From: Bugula neritina
Lineage: Eukaryota > Animalia > Bryozoa
Assembly: GCA_964035545.1 (NCBI GenBank)
Contig: OZ037769.1
Location: 12,554,633 to 12,618,632, forward strand
DNA: 64,000 nt
Reading direction: 5' to 3'
Below, piece after piece: positions 53,787 through 64,000 of the stretch (position 1 is its first letter; each line of letters opens with the position of its first letter). The notes beneath the pieces were generated by a model. It was not told where the DNA came from. It saw only the letters and a list, made by a program, of their open reading frames with translations, and made no database searches. The position numbers were made by a program, and so were the translations under genes.

Positions 53787-55013
53787 TTATGCGCTGGATG
53801 GTCTGTAAGGGTAGCTAAAGGCTACTGGGGGATAAGGATGCTTGTTCTCTAAAAGTTTGAATGCCTGGATGTGAGCAAAAATAAGCAGCAATGCTTTTTG
53901 CTGTGGCTCCATTCTCGTGTCAAAGTCAAGAACAACTGTATATCGATCTTCGTAAATTCTGGCTATAGGCCTCTGGGGCATGGAGATTGTACTTGCCACT
54001 TGGTAATAGAGAAATGGGCAGGTTTTTCTTTGAATAATCAAGCAAATTTTGTTGTAAACAGCATCTAAAATTACAAAACTGTCAGCATTTTCCCTTCGGA
54101 TAAAACCGACTAGCGATTCACACTTGTCATATACGCGTACAGTTGGAGCAATATCTTTTGTCCCGAAGAAGCAACTAATTTGAGGAAGACCAAATTCGTC
54201 TTTAATGTATAAGCTAGATTCTTCACATTGAACATTTTCTTCAGCAACCATTTTTATTTGCCCGGACTGTCCATCTAGGACATCAGTAAACAAAAGCTCT
54301 CCCCTTAGATCTTTGTATGCGGGTCGTATTCTAAATCTTTGTATGTTATCGAAAACGCAAGAGAACGGTGTGCTTGGGTCACATCTTTCAGCTGGTAGCT
54401 CAGACAGGATATTCTGCGGCATTGGGTTTTGATGGAGCTGGTAAGTTGTGTGGTACATCTTTAGAGCATACAGCACCATAATAGATCTCATACACCCTGA
54501 CCAAGAGCATGTCGGAAGCTTGAGGGAAATAAATATTGAGCAACTTTTCTGTGATAACTCTACCACAACCTCTCCACATGAATTCTTAACAGAAATGATT
54601 TTATCCTTCATCATGAAGTCTGATGAATGCACCATGTTGAGCTCAGAACTTTGAAAAGTTGATCCGTCAGCGAAATATACAATCCAGGCATTATAAATTC
54701 GAGCTATTTTAAACTTTGCTCCTGTTCGATCAAATCCCCAAAGGCCCATGTTTTCACTTGGGCAAAAAAGCCCGCCTTCCGCAAAATATAAGACTTTGTC
54801 GGTTTCATCTCTGAATTCAATAGCTTCGTCTTCCTCATTCACATGCAAGGTTCCAAGTATGTTGTAATCTGTACCCAAGACATTGTAAACACACTTTCCT
54901 TTACAGTTTCTACCTTGAGCTCTGATGCTAATTGTCTGGTTGGACTCCAAGCTCGCCAATAGGTTCTGGCTGCATGATTGAACTTGGTTACAGGAAGTGA
55001 CACTCAATGCCAT
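53787..55013 (-). CDS. Uncharacterised intronless protein, paralog B
   Basis: 408 aa from the conserved ATG; highly similar to paralog C. Confidence 0.85.
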   Translation of the reverse strand: MALSVTSCNQVQSCSQNLLASLESNQTISIRAQGRNCKGKCVYNVLGTDYNILGTLHVNEEDEAIEFRDETDKVLYFAEGGLFCPSENMGLWGFDRTGAKFKIARIYNAWIVYFADGSTFQSSELNMVHSSDFMMKDKIISVKNSCGEVVVELSQKSCSIFISLKLPTCSWSGCMRSIMVLYALKMYHTTYQLHQNPMPQNILSELPAERCDPSTPFSCVFDNIQRFRIRPAYKDLRGELLFTDVLDGQSGQIKMVAEENVQCEESSLYIKDEFGLPQISCFFGTKDIAPTVRVYDKCESLVGFIRRENADSFVILDAVYNKICLIIQRKTCPFLYYQVASTISMPQRPIARIYEDRYTVVLDFDTRMEPQQKALLLIFAHIQAFKLLENKHPYPPVAFSYPYRPSSA

Positions 55014-55478
55014 TTTTACCAATTTTTGTCGTTTTTTTATCAAAAAGCTTCTTGTCTTTTAGATGTTCAAGTGATGATTGTTATGTAAAGCACAATATGC
55101 ATTATTTGCATTTTTAAAAAAGTGGCTTCACAAAATTCTACATTTTAAATGATGATATTACTGTAAAAACAAAACATAAATATAGATAGACCAAGACACA
55201 TAAAATGTACTGAATACAAAAATACTATCGTCCATGGTGATGCTAAAATCATCAGCTGCACATTCATATGATAATGCAATATATTATGATATAACATAAC
55301 AAAACATAATATAATTTAACATAATATATATAATATAATATATTATAACGTAATATATAATATAATATGGTATAAAACAATATAAAATAATATAATATAA
55401 CATAAAATAATATAACATAACATAACATAATATAATACAATAAAATATAATATAATATAATATATGATATAATATGAT

Positions 55479-55702
55479 GGGAGCAGCCGTGGTCTAGGGG
55501 TTAGAGCGTTTGCCTAGTAAACCCGAAAGTCATGGGTTCGAGCCCAGACAAAGGCCATTGGTGATGTTAGGAAGAGCATCCAGTCATAATTGCTCCTGTG
55601 TCACATATGAATAAGTTCTTAGTCCTATTTAACAAACACCCTCACCACAATGAAAGGGTTTCTCACAGAATGGTGACTATAAACTTGTGTGAGTGAGCTT
55701 TA
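55479..55702 (+). mobile_element. tRNA-derived SINE family B
   Basis: gcagccgtggtctaggggttagagcg (A box)...gggttcgagccc (B box), followed by a body shared with two other copies. Confidence 0.8.
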
Positions 55703-56031
55703 ATAGCCTTGATGTTATAGCTATCTTGAAGGAGCCAATATGTGTCTTTACAAATGAAATATTTTAGTTCTCCTGCAATTCAAAGGTGCAAATAAAAGAC
55801 CTCTCGCTCTCTTTTCCTAATCTGAACACCATTTTATGTTGAAAAGAGGTTTATGCAGAAGCTGTACATAGAGGTTTAGTTGTAAGTTTTATCACAAGTT
55901 TCATGCCTTTATAAACTCTAAAGCGTTCATGAAGTAATTGCCGACAGTAAATGTTGCTGTAATAGCAAGGTTCTTCTTGCTTTATTACTTTTTCTAACAT
56001 GCTCACAGAAAAATAATAAAAACATGTAAAT

Positions 56032-56245
56032 AAACTCACGCACGCAAGTTTATAGTCACTATCCCTGTGAGAAAACCCCAGATAGAAAGGGTTTTTGTTA
56101 AAGCGGGCTAAGGACTTATTTAAGATGAGGCACAGGAGCAACTATGACCAGATGCTCTTCCTAACATCAGCCTTTGTCCAGGCTTGAACCCATGACCTCG
56201 TGTTTACTAGGCAACCGATCTAACCCCTAGACCACGGCTGCTCCC
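56032..56245 (-). mobile_element. tRNA-derived SINE family B with putative TSD
   Basis: Inverted copy of 55479-55702; flanked by direct repeat aaaacatgtaaat (56019-56031 and 56252-56264). Confidence 0.8.
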
Positions 56246-56850
56246 TAAATTAAAACATGTAAATGTTGTATGGTAAAGAAATTCATGTATGGTTGTCTTA
56301 ATTGCAATGCAGTGTTATTGAGTTTCTTTATTACATAGGTTGAAGTTTTTATAGTTGTTGCTAATATGCCAGGTAAATTAATTCAAAGGTTTAAGCTAAA
56401 AAAGAAATTTTTCACAAAAATTATTTTATACAGTTAATTCTATGATGAAACTCTAAGCAGAATCAATAACACATATATAACCTCGAAGAAGTCAAATTTC
56501 CACTAATTTTAATATATTTACTTTGGCTTGCGTTTCATATTTATAATTTACAAAAAAAAACCAATTTGCAGGTAATATTATATGCACCAAATCAACTCCT
56601 AATAAGGTAACAACTATATATGGACAGTTTCTTACAAATAGTTATATTTAATTTTTGACATAGAAAAACAAACCAAATTGAAAATATAATAACAAGGTAA
56701 CATAATCTAAAGTAGCTACAAAAATTTAAAATATTGCAGCTTCTTAGCATTTTTTAAAAATGTAAGATATGTGGACAATAATGCTTTGCATGATGATTGT
56801 TTAAAAATAGCTCATTCTTTTCAAAACACGATATTGAAAAATTAGTAAAA

Positions 56851-58077
56851 ATGGCATTGAGTGTCACATCTTGTAACCAAGTTCAATCATGCAGCCAGAA
56901 CATATTGGCGAGCTTGGAGTCCAACCAGACAATTAGCATCAGAGCTCAAGGTAGGAACTGTAAAGGAAAGTGTGTTTACAATGTCTTGGGTACAGACTAC
57001 AACATTCTTGGAACCTTGCATGTGAATGAGGAAGACGAAGCTATTGAATTCAGAGATGAAGTCGGTGGAGTCCTTTACTTTGCGGAAGGCGGGCTTTTTT
57101 GCACCACTGAAAACATGGCCCTTTGGGGGTTTGATCGCACAGGAGCAAAGTTTAAAATAGCTCGGCTTTATCATGCCTGGATTGTATATTTCCCTGATGG
57201 ATCAACTTTTCAAAGTTCTGAGCTCAACGTCATGCATTCATCGGACTTTATGATGAAAGACAAAGTGATTTCTGTTAAAAATTCATGTGGGGAGGTTGTG
57301 GTAGAATTATCACAGAAAAGTTGCTCAATATTTATTTCTTTCAAGCTTCCGACATGCTCTTGGTCAGGGTTCATGAGGTCCATTATGGTGCTGTATGCTC
57401 TAAAGATGTACCACACAACTTACCAGCTCCATCAAAACCCCATGCCGCAGAATATCCTGTCTGAGCTACCAGCTGAAAGATGTGACCCAAGCACACCGTT
57501 CTCTTGCATTTTCGATAACATACAAAGATTCAGAATACGAGCCTCATACAAAGATCTAAGGGGAGAGCTTTTGTTTACTGATGTCCTAGATGGACAGTCC
57601 GGGCAAATAAAAATGGTTGCTGAAGAAAGTGTTCAATGTGAAGAATCTAGCTTATACATTAAAGACGAGTTTGGTCTTCCTCAAATTAGCTGCTTCTTTG
57701 GGACAAAGGATATTGCTACTACTGTGCGAGTGTATGACAGCTGTGATTCGCTGCTTGGGTACATTCGAAGAGAAAATGTTGACAGCTTCAGCATCTTGGA
57801 TGCCGTGTACAACAAAACTTGTATTCTGGTTCAGAGAAAGACCTGCCCATTCCCTTACTTCCAAGTGGTAAGCACCACATGCGTACCAAACAAGCCCATA
57901 GCCCGCATTTATGAAGATCGGTATACCGTAGTGGTAGACGTGGAGTGTAACATAGAGCCTCAGCAGAAAGCATTGCTCCTTGTCTTTGCCCACGTTCAAG
58001 CCTCCGTGCTTCTGAATAACAAGCAGCCTTATCCAGCAGTTGTTTGCAGCTACCCTTACAGGCCTTCTACTGAATAA
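56851..58077 (+). CDS. Uncharacterised intronless protein, paralog C
   Basis: 408 aa from the conserved ATG; head-to-head with paralog B. Confidence 0.85.
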   Translation: MALSVTSCNQVQSCSQNILASLESNQTISIRAQGRNCKGKCVYNVLGTDYNILGTLHVNEEDEAIEFRDEVGGVLYFAEGGLFCTTENMALWGFDRTGAKFKIARLYHAWIVYFPDGSTFQSSELNVMHSSDFMMKDKVISVKNSCGEVVVELSQKSCSIFISFKLPTCSWSGFMRSIMVLYALKMYHTTYQLHQNPMPQNILSELPAERCDPSTPFSCIFDNIQRFRIRASYKDLRGELLFTDVLDGQSGQIKMVAEESVQCEESSLYIKDEFGLPQISCFFGTKDIATTVRVYDSCDSLLGYIRRENVDSFSILDAVYNKTCILVQRKTCPFPYFQVVSTTCVPNKPIARIYEDRYTVVVDVECNIEPQQKALLLVFAHVQASVLLNNKQPYPAVVCSYPYRPSTE

Positions 58078-58360
58078 GCTAGTTCTTTGAAAAAAACTAT
58101 AGTCTAGACAAAATCAAATTACTATTCTAATCAGCACTGGATGCTTTTAAAAGAAGAACTATAACTCTTATAAAATATTCTGTTTATTTTTTTATTTTTA
58201 AATCAACTTTAATAAATCAATATTCAGATATATATGCTTTATTGAGTTACATTATAATCCAGCCAAAGTGTATCATGAAAATGTAAACAAATATAAAATA
58301 CATAGAGAACCGCAGCATAAATGTTGAAACACTTTCTACAAGAACCATACTAAAAAATGA

Positions 58361-58437
58361 TTGCCCTTACTGGGATTCGAACCCTAAACCTCCAGCTTGC
58401 AAGCAGACGCGTTGACTATTACACCACAGCGACTACT
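58361..58437 (-). mobile_element. tRNA-derived SINE family A copy
   Basis: ttgccc..ctgggattcgaacc...cctccagcttgcaagcag...ttacaccacag matches family A. Confidence 0.6.
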
Positions 58438-59750
58438 GCCTATTCTCATCGCTACAGATACAAAAGTTGAACAAATTTTTGGTAAATAATCACAGCATGC
58501 TTATGTCTGGCCTCAAAACCAAAGCAGCATGAAATGGAGCAAAAAATATTTTTGATTGCACATGCAATTATGGAGCAATGCCTATAAAAAGGGTAAACTT
58601 GAATCATGAACACTCTGCTGTGCTGTAGGCTGGCATGTTGCAGAAGCAAAGCATTATGAAACAATTTTATCTTCACATTCTTTTCTCTGATTAAATTAAA
58701 AGTTAAGCCAAATAACATGTAAATTGTTCATGCTTTTTTTTCAGTTTATTTTTCATGTTTCATTGTTATGTACAGCAGGTAAAATCGTTTTTGCCTTGTA
58801 GTTTAGTTATAAATGTATGTGAAACTGAGTTTAACAACCATTACATTACAAACATGAAGTTAATAAAAATTCATTGCAGACTTAGAAGCAAGAGAGCAAG
58901 CTGGTGTGTCCGAGAAGCAAAAGAATGTTCAGCAGGCTAGAAATTTGCAGGCAGAAGTAAAGATTAAGAAAAGAGGAGAACAAGCTGCTAGAGAGGGAGC
59001 AACTTACACGCCGAGCAGGTTTTACTGAGAGAAGAATTAGCTAAAAAACAGAGGCTATATTTTGCAGGTGTTGATAGGTAAGTTCTTAGACTGTGGTCTT
59101 GTGATTATACTACTTGTTAGGTGCCAACACATTTCATGTCATGCTTGCTTACTTAATAACAAGTCAAATTTTGTGTTATTCAGTAATATACGTATATATG
59201 TGTACACACATACGTGCAAGAGCTCGCGCACACACACCTTACATATATATTACATATATATGTAATGTATATTACATATATATTACATATATATGTAATA
59301 AATATGTAATGTATATTGCATATAGCATAAAGTTTGTGGATCATTTATCGCTAAAGTAATAGTAATGTAACTGCATACGTATGAGTATTGCAATAATATA
59401 GCTGATGCTAAATTCTGTTGTTTTTGTATATAATAATTAATATACTCCTTGGATAATATGTTATGCTAAAATCTGTTGTAGGCTGAACAATGGTGCATGC
59501 GGCTCCCTAAGGATAAAACTGAAATGGAAATGTTCCAAAACTGACACTACTAATGAGGGCTACACTGAAGATGTTATCAAGTCTGTATTTTCTAAAGTAA
59601 GTGTAAATATTTCCTACTATGTCATGCCGGAACCATTAACACGAGAGAAAGTGTGATTTTGTGTGTATATCAATGTGTGTAGTTATACCTTTTCTTCTAA
59701 TAGTATGTAGCTGTTTTGATATAGTAAACTTAATATCTGTGAATATTATG

Positions 59751-60147
59751 GTAAGTATACAAATATTATAAGTAAATAAACACAAATACTATAGTAAGTA
59801 TACAAATATTATAAGTAAATAAACACAAATACTATAGTAAGTATACAAATATTATAAGTAAATAAACACAAATACTATAGTAAGTATACAAATATAAGTA
59901 AACAAACACAAATACTATAGTAAGTATACAAATATTATAAGTAAATAAACACAAATACTATAGTAAGTATACAAATATTGTAAGTAAATAAACACAAATA
60001 CTATGGTAAGTATACAAATTTCATAAGTAAGTAAACACAAATGCTATAGTAAGTATACAAATTTCATAAGTAAGTAAACACAAATGCTATAGTAAGTATA
60101 CAAATTTCATAAGTAAGTAAACACAAATGCTATAGTAAGTATACAAA
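59751..60147 (+). repeat. 43 bp minisatellite containing GTAAGTA
   Basis: Unit gtaagtatacaaatattataagtaaataaacacaaatactata, ~9 copies. Confidence 0.9.
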
Positions 60148-60727
60148 TGTATCACATGATTCAAGCACACACATTTGTAATTATGTGGTGTATTTGTTTG
60201 CGTTTTAGAGATATATAACTTATTTTTCTATTTAAAAAATTGCTGTTGTTATATTTATATAATACAAAATAATATATCAACAGAATTGACATTTACTGCT
60301 ATTTACAGTATGGGGATGTCTTCATTATACTTATCAGCTCTGAAAGAAATGGATCTGCTATTCTAGAGTTTGATAGCCTCTATGCTCAGGTAAAGCGTTC
60401 ACAGATCCTGCTATTAATAATAAATAACAATTGAATTCAATTTTGTTGCATATCATACGGTTATCATCTAAAATATCACTATTTAGGCGGGTTGGTATAC
60501 TAGTTGTGAAATATTGTATAAGCTAATATTTTTGACCTTTCACAGTAGGTCAAATGGCATTATTGGCTCTATATTTTACTGTTGCTTTTTGTTAATGTAG
60601 GAGATAACTCTATGACTCACCATGTTCCCCCTTATTTACCACATTATATATTTATAGTCACATGATACAACTTTCTCATGTACTCTATATAGTATTACTT
60701 TGTGCTTACTTTCTCCTTACTGTAAGT

Positions 60728-60737
60728 ACACACACAC

Positions 60738-60806
<69 letters not shown>

Positions 60807-60999
60807 CGCACACACACCACGCATACACACACCACGCACACACACCACGCATACACACACCACGCATACACCATACACACCACGCATACACACACCACGC
60901 ATACACACACCACGCATACACCATACACACCACGCATACACACACACCACGCATACACACACCACACATACACCATACACACCACGCATACACACACAC

Positions 61000-61041
<42 letters not shown>

Positions 61042-61146
61042 CACGCACACACACCACGCACACACACACCACGCACACACACACGCACGCACCACGCGCA
61101 CACAAACACCACGCATACACACACCACACCACACACACACACACAC

Positions 61147-61227
<81 letters not shown>

Positions 61228-61231
61228 ACAC
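60728..61231. repeat. Compound (CA)n / caccacgcata microsatellite
   Basis: Read directly; explains the HT/CV-repeat ORFs. Confidence 0.95.
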
Positions 61232-64000
61232 TACTTAGAAAGCGTCAGCTAGTGTACTTGGTGTGTAGCCGCTGTGTATGTGTCATATACACGGCTAAAG
61301 CTGATGTGTTGCAATTTTTATATTCAGTTCATCTTTAGGCGGAGTCATTAGAAAGTGAGTCTGGGCTGTCAACATGTCCGTTAATTGTGTCCTGACTGAG
61401 TGGAAAACCTTTGCAATCCAAATCCGAAACGTTAAATGCATCTCCAACATCACCTCCTGAGAATGTAAGAGTTTTAACTTTTGTAAATTTATTAGATATT
61501 CTAATTTCATAATTTAAGTAATTAATTTAATAATTAATTGTAACAACTAACTCAATGACTTACTAATCTTATGGCAAACTTTTATCAAGTGCTGTGGGTA
61601 GATTTAATTTCTCAGAGATGTGCAAATTTGTTCGATTTTCAGCTCACAGCTCATGCTCTAGTTTTGTGATTTTAAAAATCTCATTCCTTTGTGAAATTGT
61701 AGACTCTTTTAATTTTTTTCATGCATCTTAAAACTGGCTGGTTTTAATGGTTTGACATATGATTTGCTTTAGTGTACTAATTGTGTGGGTGATAAATAAC
61801 ACTATATCTTTGCCAATGATCATTTATTATACAATATACGATGTTTTATACATTCTATGAGTAGAAATTATGCCAACTAATATCTTAAAGTAATGCAAAA
61901 GCAAAAATAATGCATATTAGGAATAATTACATTTATGAAAAAAGCAATAATATAATATAATTATGATAATAAAAAGTAATAAAATTATTATTTTTATTAT
62001 CAATTTTTAATAATACCACCAATCGAAAGGCAATTGTCAAGTATAATAGCACAACTCAGCCAGTAGGCCCTGTAAGAGTCTACACCCCACTGATAACACA
62101 TTGCTTTTTAATCATGAAACCACAAATGAGTGGGCATTAACCTTTGTCCCCCCCCCCTTAATTTCAATTAAAGTAGTTTTTTGCCATTGGCACACTTGAT
62201 ACTACAGGAGAGAGGTGTCCGATTTCTTCAACTTCTCTTTCCTTGACCCCGGCTTTGGCATTGGCTCAATGATATAATTAACATCTGTACTTCTTTCCGA
62301 ATGCTTACCGAAAAGCTGCAACAACAATATAAGGATAATAAGCTATAATTTGCTAATAAAAATTCATTTTTCATGCTAGACAACAAAACAAAACTTTCTT
62401 AGGCTTTGTTATATTTGGCGCTAATTCTACAATTCATATTGGTATTCCAGGTGCTTTATATTGCAAGACATTCTCTTTTTTATTAGTATCAAAACATTAC
62501 GCCATTTTTCTGTCTTCAACAAAACTTTAATGCAACTGGCGTTTTTTGTAGTTTTGCTTAAAGTACAATTTTCTTGATGTTATTTTTAGCTGATTTTTTA
62601 TAAACCTGATAAGTAGAATGCATGTCCTGTTGGCTTTTAAAGGTAGTTTAGATGCAGTTGGTGTGGCATTGATTGGTCTATGGTGTCTCTTACGTTCTGT
62701 GTTGTGGCTTAGCGACTACTTTTTTTTAACAAACCTGAGTCATTAATCCCAGTTAGTTTCATCTGTAACCTCAATTGTGGAAGCAAAAAAAATTAGTCAT
62801 AATTTTACTGGCTCAACATTTAAACATAGTTCAACTACTACAGCCCAGGCTGCTATAAAAACAAGTTGACATCATGTGTTGTGAATAGCTGTATAGTTTA
62901 GAAGTTATTTTGCACTGCCTGCCTGTTTTAATTGCTCTATATCTCTACAATAATATGAAATTGTATAACATATATACTCTCATAACATGTAAATGAACCA
63001 TCAAATTACATTATTCCTATAATGTTTATTTTGCTAGCTTATTCAGTTTTGCTCTCAATATTTTTAAGTATTTTTAAACGTTTACCTGCTGAAATGTAGT
63101 CTTCTATTAATTATAATTTTTTATATTTTTGCAGTTAGTTGAAAAGTTTTATTTATTTATATTTTACAGGAAGCTTACAAAAATACCGTGGACTCCTCTA
63201 CAGACACTGATTCTGAGGACTTTGTGTTAAATAAGTTAGCCAAAGCTGAAGCCAGTATTCAAATAGTTGAACCTTTGCCTGCTGAACTCTATGATAATCG
63301 ATCAGGAAATTCCTAGCGGGTAGCAGCTAACACCCACTGGATTTATAATACATATCTGTTTTATGATTGCAGTCTAAACTGTGAAACGTGTCTATCCAAT
63401 TACTGTAATGTGGCCGCTTTTTCAAAATGGCTGCACTTGACTCAATCAAAATGTATCTTCTGAAGCTTAACCCTGTCAGAATAATTTCTCCATAAGCAGC
63501 TCAGAGTTGGGGGTGACTGAGTGCAATAGTTTGGGGTTTCGGGTTTGGAGTTGGGGGTTCAGAGTTCCAACCTAAACCTCCAGTCAAACTGCTACTCGTT
63601 TTGTTACTAACTATGAGAGTCTCTTTTAACCTTGACCCTGCCAACAACTCATTTTAGAGCAGGTCACAACGTTTAGGTGTTTTCATATCACTTTTGTTTG
63701 AAATTGATTCAATGTTTTAGCATCTCTTGTTTGTTAACTGCTGTATCTGGTGTTCCATCCATTTATTTTAGTCAATAAAACTAATTATGACAACCAACAT
63801 TTGTTTTTCCCTGTATCTTCATGTATCTCACAGGAGAACATGTTTATACTAATGATCTAACCCTGTATAAGGAAAATAGTTTTTTGCTAATACTTTCTTG
63901 GTATAGTGTGTCAAAATATTGTCTCTTTTTATCATTTGAACTTTTGACTGGTGAAAAGGAGCATATTAGTCCATTAGCACTTGACAAAGGTAGCCTAGTA

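Larger units (their letters stand above)
58880..63316 (+). pseudogene. DNAJC17: Unprocessed, 5'-truncated DNAJC17-like pseudogene (C-terminal/RRM part)
   Basis: Exons 58880-59077, 59482-59596, 60309-60389, 61339-61464 and probably 63170-63316; DLEARE, IKLKWK..GY..VFSK|YGDV..GSAILEF, E.GL...PL.VS*L. Frameshifts in the first exon, TGA at 61393-61395 in place of the expected Trp, no J domain found upstream. Confidence 0.75.

Noticed and set aside
55479-56245. SINE pair as part of the inverted gene duplication
   Set aside because: The second copy has its own flanking direct repeat and the flanks of the two copies do not match.
60662-61338. His/Thr and Cys/Val-rich ORFs
   Set aside because: Artefacts of the (CA)n microsatellite.
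62160-62770. Exon-like purine-rich segments on the minus strand
   Set aside because: Interrupted by stops and no recognisable homology.

Overview
AT-rich, intron-containing DNA from an invertebrate animal; the species cannot be fixed from sequence alone. Reconstructed genes: a single-exon class-A GPCR (-), GPN-loop GTPase 1 (10 exons, +), RhoA/Rho1 (4 coding exons, +), a WHAMM/JMY-type Arp2/3 activator (13 coding exons, -), three intronless paralogs of an unnamed ~405 aa family that looks like two tandem scramblase/tubby-like domains, and a 5'-truncated, disabled DNAJC17 copy. Mobile DNA: a very young intact Ty3/Gypsy (Mag-like) LTR element nested in an old LINE, a deleted pogo-like transposon, several non-autonomous TIR/foldback elements and two tRNA-derived SINE families. 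The most unusual pattern is that minisatellites repeatedly start exactly at exon boundaries and copy the splice site itself. One WHAMM/JMY intron is ~94% tandem copies of its own acceptor, and GPN1 carries one donor array and one acceptor array. In these three arrays, the decoy sites I translated lead to an in-frame stop. Exon coordinates were derived by hand from GT-AG boundaries and reading frame; protein names rest on recalled family motifs, not database searches.
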